64,000 bases of DNA from a virus. Each line of letters begins with the position of its first letter. Within the stretch, counting starts at the first letter, position 1. The translations under genes and the position numbers were made by a program. The notes beneath the pieces are model-generated. The model had not been told where the DNA came from. It worked only from the letters and a program-made list of their open reading frames with translations, and searched no databases. Positions 59,380-64,000 of this stretch are shown here, one piece after another. The stretch is taken from the IMG/VR virus record IMGVR_UViG_3300005265_000433, positions 3,790-67,789 of that record; one strand, 5' to 3'.

Positions 59380-61572
59380 CTACAATTTTAAAATCTCATC
59401 CGCCTCAATTTGATCAATATGTCGATGACTAATAATATTTAAACACTTATTTCTAACAATTTTTCGTAAGACATTAGAAATATTTTGAATATTGTCATCA
59501 TCTAATGCATCAAAAATTTCATCAAATAACATAATATTAATTGAAACACCTTGTATGTGTTCTTGTAAATCAGATAATGTTAAAATTGTGGCAATATCAA
59601 CAATTTTTGTTTGACCTCCAGATAATAACTGCCTACCATCTGCATGTGTTACATTATCATAAAACCTAATATTAAATTTATCTTTATAATCTCCAGCCTT
59701 TGTTTGTTGTAAAGTATCAAAAGCAACAATATAACGCCCACCTGAAATCATATCTAAATACTCATTAACTCTCTTATTCATAAAAGGTATTGCTTCATCA
59801 ATTAACATACTAGGTATTCCAGCGGATGAAAAACCAACTTTCCAAAATTCATAAATATGTTTAACTTTTTCAACTTTTTCAATTGTTTCTTTTAACTTAT
59901 TAGTTTTATCCTCAATTTCCAAAATTTGTTCGTTATTCTTTTCAATAACACTTAAATCATATTCTGAATCTTGTATTTGTTGAATTAAAGCTTTTTGAGA
60001 TTCAATCTTACCAATAACTTCAACTTTCTGAATTTTTAATGATTCTAATTGAACCAAACTATCACTAAATTTATCTCTATCTTTTTCAGCTCTTTCGATT
60101 TTATCTATTAAAGCATCAGATTGTTCTCTATGTTTATTTTCAGCTTCCTCCATTTTTACTTTAACTAATTCATTAATTTCATTAATTTTTTCTTCTTTTT
60201 CATCTTTTAATTGTTCTTCAATATCTTTTATTTGAATTGAGATATTATCAATTTCATTTCTTGATTCATCATAACATTTTTTCTTTTCATCCTCCAATAT
60301 CTCAATTTCTTTTAGATATACTTCAATATTTTTTTCTATTTTATTTTTCTTTTTATTTGCTTCTTCTACTTTTACATTTTCAATTTCCCATTGTTTTTGT
60401 AATTGTGGGGTGTGTTCTTCACCTAATGGACGGAAGCATAACGGGCATGGGGCATTTTTTGTATTTAATAATTTTTCATATTTTTCAATCAATTCACTTA
60501 CTTGTTTTATAAAATAATCAACCTCAAATAAATTATTTTTTAACTCACCTACTTTATCCTTTACTTTATTTATATCTTTGTCAATTTCTTGAATTTCTTT
60601 TGTTAAATTATCTGTTATTTCCATTTTAGTTTTATTTAAAGTAGATGTTTGATTTTGAATTTTAGTTGCGTATTGACTAGATATTTGGGTAATTTTTCCT
60701 TTCTGTTTTTCTTTTAATAAACTATAATATCCATTAGCTTTTTCATCCAATAAAGTTTTTTGCTCAGTCACACTGTTTAAAAATTTGTTTGAAATCTCAA
60801 GTTTTTCTTTTATTTCTTCTTCGTTAAATTTAACAATATTTTCTTCCAATCCAGTTACAAAAGAAATTAGTTGAGTATTTTTAGTATTAAGCTCATTAAT
60901 CTTTTCTATTTTCCTTTCTTCAAATTTAATTTTAGCATCTTCAATTTCTTTATTTTGTTGATGTAATTGTAATATTAATTGGTCATTTGTGTCAACAGTA
61001 TGTAATATATTATCTTTTTCTAAATCACAATCTTTGATTTTTTCAGCTGCAATTTTCTGATAATCTTTATATATTTCAAGATTTAAAATCTTCCTAAAAA
61101 TATCTTTTTGTTGAGAATCAGTTAAATCAGTAAAAAATGTTGATACCTTTTGACCAAACAAAACAGTATTAAAAAATAACTGCCTTGGCATAATTAATCT
61201 TTCAACCTCAGCAGTTACTTCAGTGTGACCTGTTTTAAATACTTCACCATTTTTTGATAAGATTACTTTGCTACTACCCATCTTTCGATATTTTAAATAT
61301 CTATCACAAGAATAAACATCATCATCAATTTTAAATTCAACATGGGCATGACAATTTTTCTTAGTTTTTTTATTAATTACATCCTCAGCACGTAAACCAG
61401 TTTGAGTCATACCATATAATGCATAAGGAATAATAGAAAATAAAGTAGATTTACCAACGCCATTTTTTCCAACTATCATTATGATTTTATTTGATTTAAA
61501 TTCTAAATCAATTGGTTCAATATAACCACAATAGTTTTCACATGAAACTTTTAAAAATTCTATTTTTCTCAT
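59380..61572 (-). CDS. sbcC: SbcC/Rad50/gp46-like SMC ATPase
   Basis: GKNGVGKST, FGQ, coiled coil with CPLC zinc hook, LSGGQ, FDEIFDALD, ISH. Confidence 0.93.
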   Translation of the reverse strand: MRKIEFLKVSCENYCGYIEPIDLEFKSNKIIMIVGKNGVGKSTLFSIIPYALYGMTQTGLRAEDVINKKTKKNCHAHVEFKIDDDVYSCDRYLKYRKMGSSKVILSKNGEVFKTGHTEVTAEVERLIMPRQLFFNTVLFGQKVSTFFTDLTDSQQKDIFRKILNLEIYKDYQKIAAEKIKDCDLEKDNILHTVDTNDQLILQLHQQNKEIEDAKIKFEERKIEKINELNTKNTQLISFVTGLEENIVKFNEEEIKEKLEISNKFLNSVTEQKTLLDEKANGYYSLLKEKQKGKITQISSQYATKIQNQTSTLNKTKMEITDNLTKEIQEIDKDINKVKDKVGELKNNLFEVDYFIKQVSELIEKYEKLLNTKNAPCPLCFRPLGEEHTPQLQKQWEIENVKVEEANKKKNKIEKNIEVYLKEIEILEDEKKKCYDESRNEIDNISIQIKDIEEQLKDEKEEKINEINELVKVKMEEAENKHREQSDALIDKIERAEKDRDKFSDSLVQLESLKIQKVEVIGKIESQKALIQQIQDSEYDLSVIEKNNEQILEIEDKTNKLKETIEKVEKVKHIYEFWKVGFSSAGIPSMLIDEAIPFMNKRVNEYLDMISGGRYIVAFDTLQQTKAGDYKDKFNIRFYDNVTHADGRQLLSGGQTKIVDIATILTLSDLQEHIQGVSINIMLFDEIFDALDDDNIQNISNVLRKIVRNKCLNIISHRHIDQIEADEILKL

Positions 61573-61597
61573 AAACACTCCACATTTTACTTTTTAA

Positions 61598-62608
61598 TTA
61601 ACATGAAATCTCATTAACTATTTCCAAAGCACACTTCAAATAAAATTCTTTTTCATTATCAGGAATTTCTTTGATTGATAAATATTCATTAAATTTATCA
61701 GTATCAGACATACTCATATTGACTCCACGATTTGTAATATCTATTTCGCTTTTATCAACAACATCAAATTTATCACCAATATCTTTGTCCTGTAATGATG
61801 AATCTGTTTTTCTTAATTGAATAATATGTCCAGCATTTTGTAGTTTTTTAGCTTCTTTTAAAACTTCAGTTTTATTTTTTGATGTTATTTCAAATACATA
61901 ATATTTCTGATATCCCTCAGTTGGTATTGAAGTGATTTCATCCTTTTCGGTGTCAACTACTAAAAATCTTTTTTCTTCATTTCTTTCACCACGATCTAAT
62001 TGAATTGGTGACCCAACATATATTACCTCTGTTGTACTATTTTCTATATGTTGTGGTAAATGATAGTGACCTAAAATTACATGCTTATAATTTTTTAAGT
62101 CTTTTAAACCAATATCAGAAACAATAGAAATACCAGAACTTAATTTACCTTCATTCAATCCAAGATGTGCAATTAAATAATCAGCTTTATTATTTCTAAT
62201 AGTTTCCATCATATTCACATTCCAAGGAACAAACATTATATTTTCAACATTTTCACCAACATGATATGTCTTAACATTTTTTTCATTATCAACACATTTT
62301 AAAGCTGATACACCAACCCCGGACTTAGATGATAAATCATGATTTCCATCAATAATATGAAACTGAATATCACTATTTTTTCTAACATAATCTAAAAATA
62401 AGGATTGAGCAATTGAATGAATGATACTTTTATTATGAAAAACATCTCCTGCAAAAATAATATTACAATCATTTTTTCTAGCATAATCAGCCATTTGTTC
62501 AAGAACATTCATAATTGAATTAAGTCTTATTGGTAATCCAGTTTCTGAAACAATATCATCAGAACCATATGCTGATAAATGAAGATCTGCACTTATAACT
62601 GCTTTCAT
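61598..62608 (-). CDS. sbcD: SbcD/Mre11/gp47-like nuclease
   Basis: ADLH, AGD.F, GNHD, GHYH.PQ, Y.GSP. Confidence 0.92.
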   Translation of the reverse strand: MKAVISADLHLSAYGSDDIVSETGLPIRLNSIMNVLEQMADYARKNDCNIIFAGDVFHNKSIIHSIAQSLFLDYVRKNSDIQFHIIDGNHDLSSKSGVGVSALKCVDNEKNVKTYHVGENVENIMFVPWNVNMMETIRNNKADYLIAHLGLNEGKLSSGISIVSDIGLKDLKNYKHVILGHYHLPQHIENSTTEVIYVGSPIQLDRGERNEEKRFLVVDTEKDEITSIPTEGYQKYYVFEITSKNKTEVLKEAKKLQNAGHIIQLRKTDSSLQDKDIGDKFDVVDKSEIDITNRGVNMSMSDTDKFNEYLSIKEIPDNEKEFYLKCALEIVNEISC

Positions 62609-62617
62609 ATTCTCTCC

Positions 62618-63811
62618 TTATCCCTTTAGAACAGCAATTGGTGTCAGTTTTGTAGTAATTTCAACCAAATCTTTTTGATTTTCCATTACTATATCAATAT
62701 CTTTATATGCACCACTTGCTTCATCCAAATCTTTTTTATTTCTAATTGAATGAATAATATTTTGATCTTCCAATTTTTTAATTTCATTTTCATAATTCAA
62801 GATTTTTTGTGCTTGACGTCTTCCCATTAAACGACCAGCTCCGTGGGAACAAGAATTAAAACTTTCCCTATTACCTAAACCTCGACCAATGTAACTACAT
62901 GTGCCTTGAGAACCCGGAATGATAACAGTTTCATCTACACCAGCATATACAGCGCCTTTGCGATGAACATTAACTAATTTGCCATAATGTTTTTCTTTTT
63001 TTGCGTAATTATGGGCAACATCTAAATATGTAATAATATCATCAGAATTATTAAGTTCTAAATCAAAAGCACTAACAACCCAATTCATCATCAATTCACG
63101 ATTAAGTGCAGCATAATAAACGCAGAAATTCATATCATCGAAATAATCATGATAATTTTCATCATCAATAATTAAAAATGCTAGTTGATCTTCTTTTGGT
63201 ATTGAAGAATAATATTTTTCATTCATTTCTATTGCTTTTTTATTATAATAATCAGCAACTTGTTTCCCTATATTTCTACTACCTGAATGAATCATAAACC
63301 ATAAAAAATTATCTTCATCTTTTTGAAATTCAATAAAATGATTTCCTCCACCTAATGTTCCTAAAGATTTAACTGCTGTTTTAAATAATTTTTCAGTATT
63401 GATTAAACGTGAATCATCATTACCAAATAATGAATATATTTCTCTTGTTTCATCAAGATATAGGTCATCATTTCTTTTCTCAAAACCTATTGGAACATTG
63501 TCTCTAATAAATTGCATTTTCTTTTTATATTCATCAATGGAAAAATCAGTTACTTTAAATTTTGTTTTTGCGGCCATCATTCCGCAACCAATATCTACGC
63601 CAACTGCGTTGGGAATAATAACATTTTTATCTGTAGCTAAAACACCACCAATAGGCATACCATAACCCATATGTGCATCTGGCATTAAAGCAATATGTTT
63701 AAAAGCGAAAGGTAAGTTAGCTAAATTAATAGCCTGCTGTAATGCTTTACCTTCAATATCATCTAACCACATTTTAATTGGAATTCTTTCTGTTGTGAGA
63801 ACAGTTTTCAT
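62618..63811 (-). CDS. rtcB: RtcB RNA ligase
   Basis: MPDAH.G...PIG, VGVDIGCG, LGTLGGGNHF.E, HSGSR, HN, HRKGA, SHGAGR, DE...AYKDI, KG end. Confidence 0.96.
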   Translation of the reverse strand: MKTVLTTERIPIKMWLDDIEGKALQQAINLANLPFAFKHIALMPDAHMGYGMPIGGVLATDKNVIIPNAVGVDIGCGMMAAKTKFKVTDFSIDEYKKKMQFIRDNVPIGFEKRNDDLYLDETREIYSLFGNDDSRLINTEKLFKTAVKSLGTLGGGNHFIEFQKDEDNFLWFMIHSGSRNIGKQVADYYNKKAIEMNEKYYSSIPKEDQLAFLIIDDENYHDYFDDMNFCVYYAALNRELMMNWVVSAFDLELNNSDDIITYLDVAHNYAKKEKHYGKLVNVHRKGAVYAGVDETVIIPGSQGTCSYIGRGLGNRESFNSCSHGAGRLMGRRQAQKILNYENEIKKLEDQNIIHSIRNKKDLDEASGAYKDIDIVMENQKDLVEITTKLTPIAVLKG

Positions 63812-63835
63812 ATATTCTCCTTATTTTTATTATTT

Positions 63836-64000
63836 TTAGAATTTTAATATTTCTGTCGGTACTCTTATTTCTTTACCCCTTTCAAGTAAATCTTCAAATG
63901 TAACAATTTGCAAAACAGGTACTCCAAAAAGTTTACCGAAAGATGCTGCTTCTTTTTTCATTGATGGTGTTACGTTTTCATCAAAAGTAATATAAACACC
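63836..64000 (-). CDS. 3' end (partial) of a protein resembling the Mrr-like endonuclease tail of methyltransferase fusions
   Basis: Manual translation GVYITFDENVTPSMKKEAASFG...PVLQIVTFEDLLERGK...*. Confidence 0.45.
   Translation of the reverse strand, partial: GVYITFDENVTPSMKKEAASFGKLFGVPVLQIVTFEDLLERGKEIRVPTEILKF

Noticed and set aside
5516-63665. Short overlapping or antisense ORFs in the track (e.g. 5516, 5804, 7123, 14226, 30819, 32424, 36222, 46014, 60237, 63399)
   Set aside because: They lie wholly within confident longer genes, lack SD and motifs, and are expected shadows
1-64000. Genome-wide stop-codon reassignment (TGA or TAG)
   Set aside because: Long genes are intact in code 11 and several well-bounded genes end in TGA or TAG; only one internal TGA was seen

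Overview
AT-rich, gene-dense segment of a large contractile-tailed (myovirus, T4-like structural module) phage genome. About 1.9-29.2 kb on the + strand is mostly virion genes: PAAR, baseplate wedge proteins, tail sheath, tail tube, gp25/gp6-like proteins and a tandem family of four paralogous proteins. About 29.2-64 kb on the - strand carries a tape-measure-like gene, terminase large subunit, ACP, FolE2, a two-subunit beta/beta' RNA polymerase, a complete prokaryotic ubiquitin-like cluster (two E2-like fusions, JAB protease, ThiF/E1, Ubl, a second ThiF-like protein), radical SAM, SbcCD and RtcB. The most notable unexplained signals are: (1) the phage-encoded E1-E2-JAB-Ubl cluster next to the RNAP genes; (2) a tandem pair of covarying kissing-loop RNA structures at 1562-1791; (3) two recurrent promoter-like motifs (AGAACAAAATA before virion genes, CTATATATAT before non-structural genes). 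All calls come from motif recognition by eye; no database searches were run.
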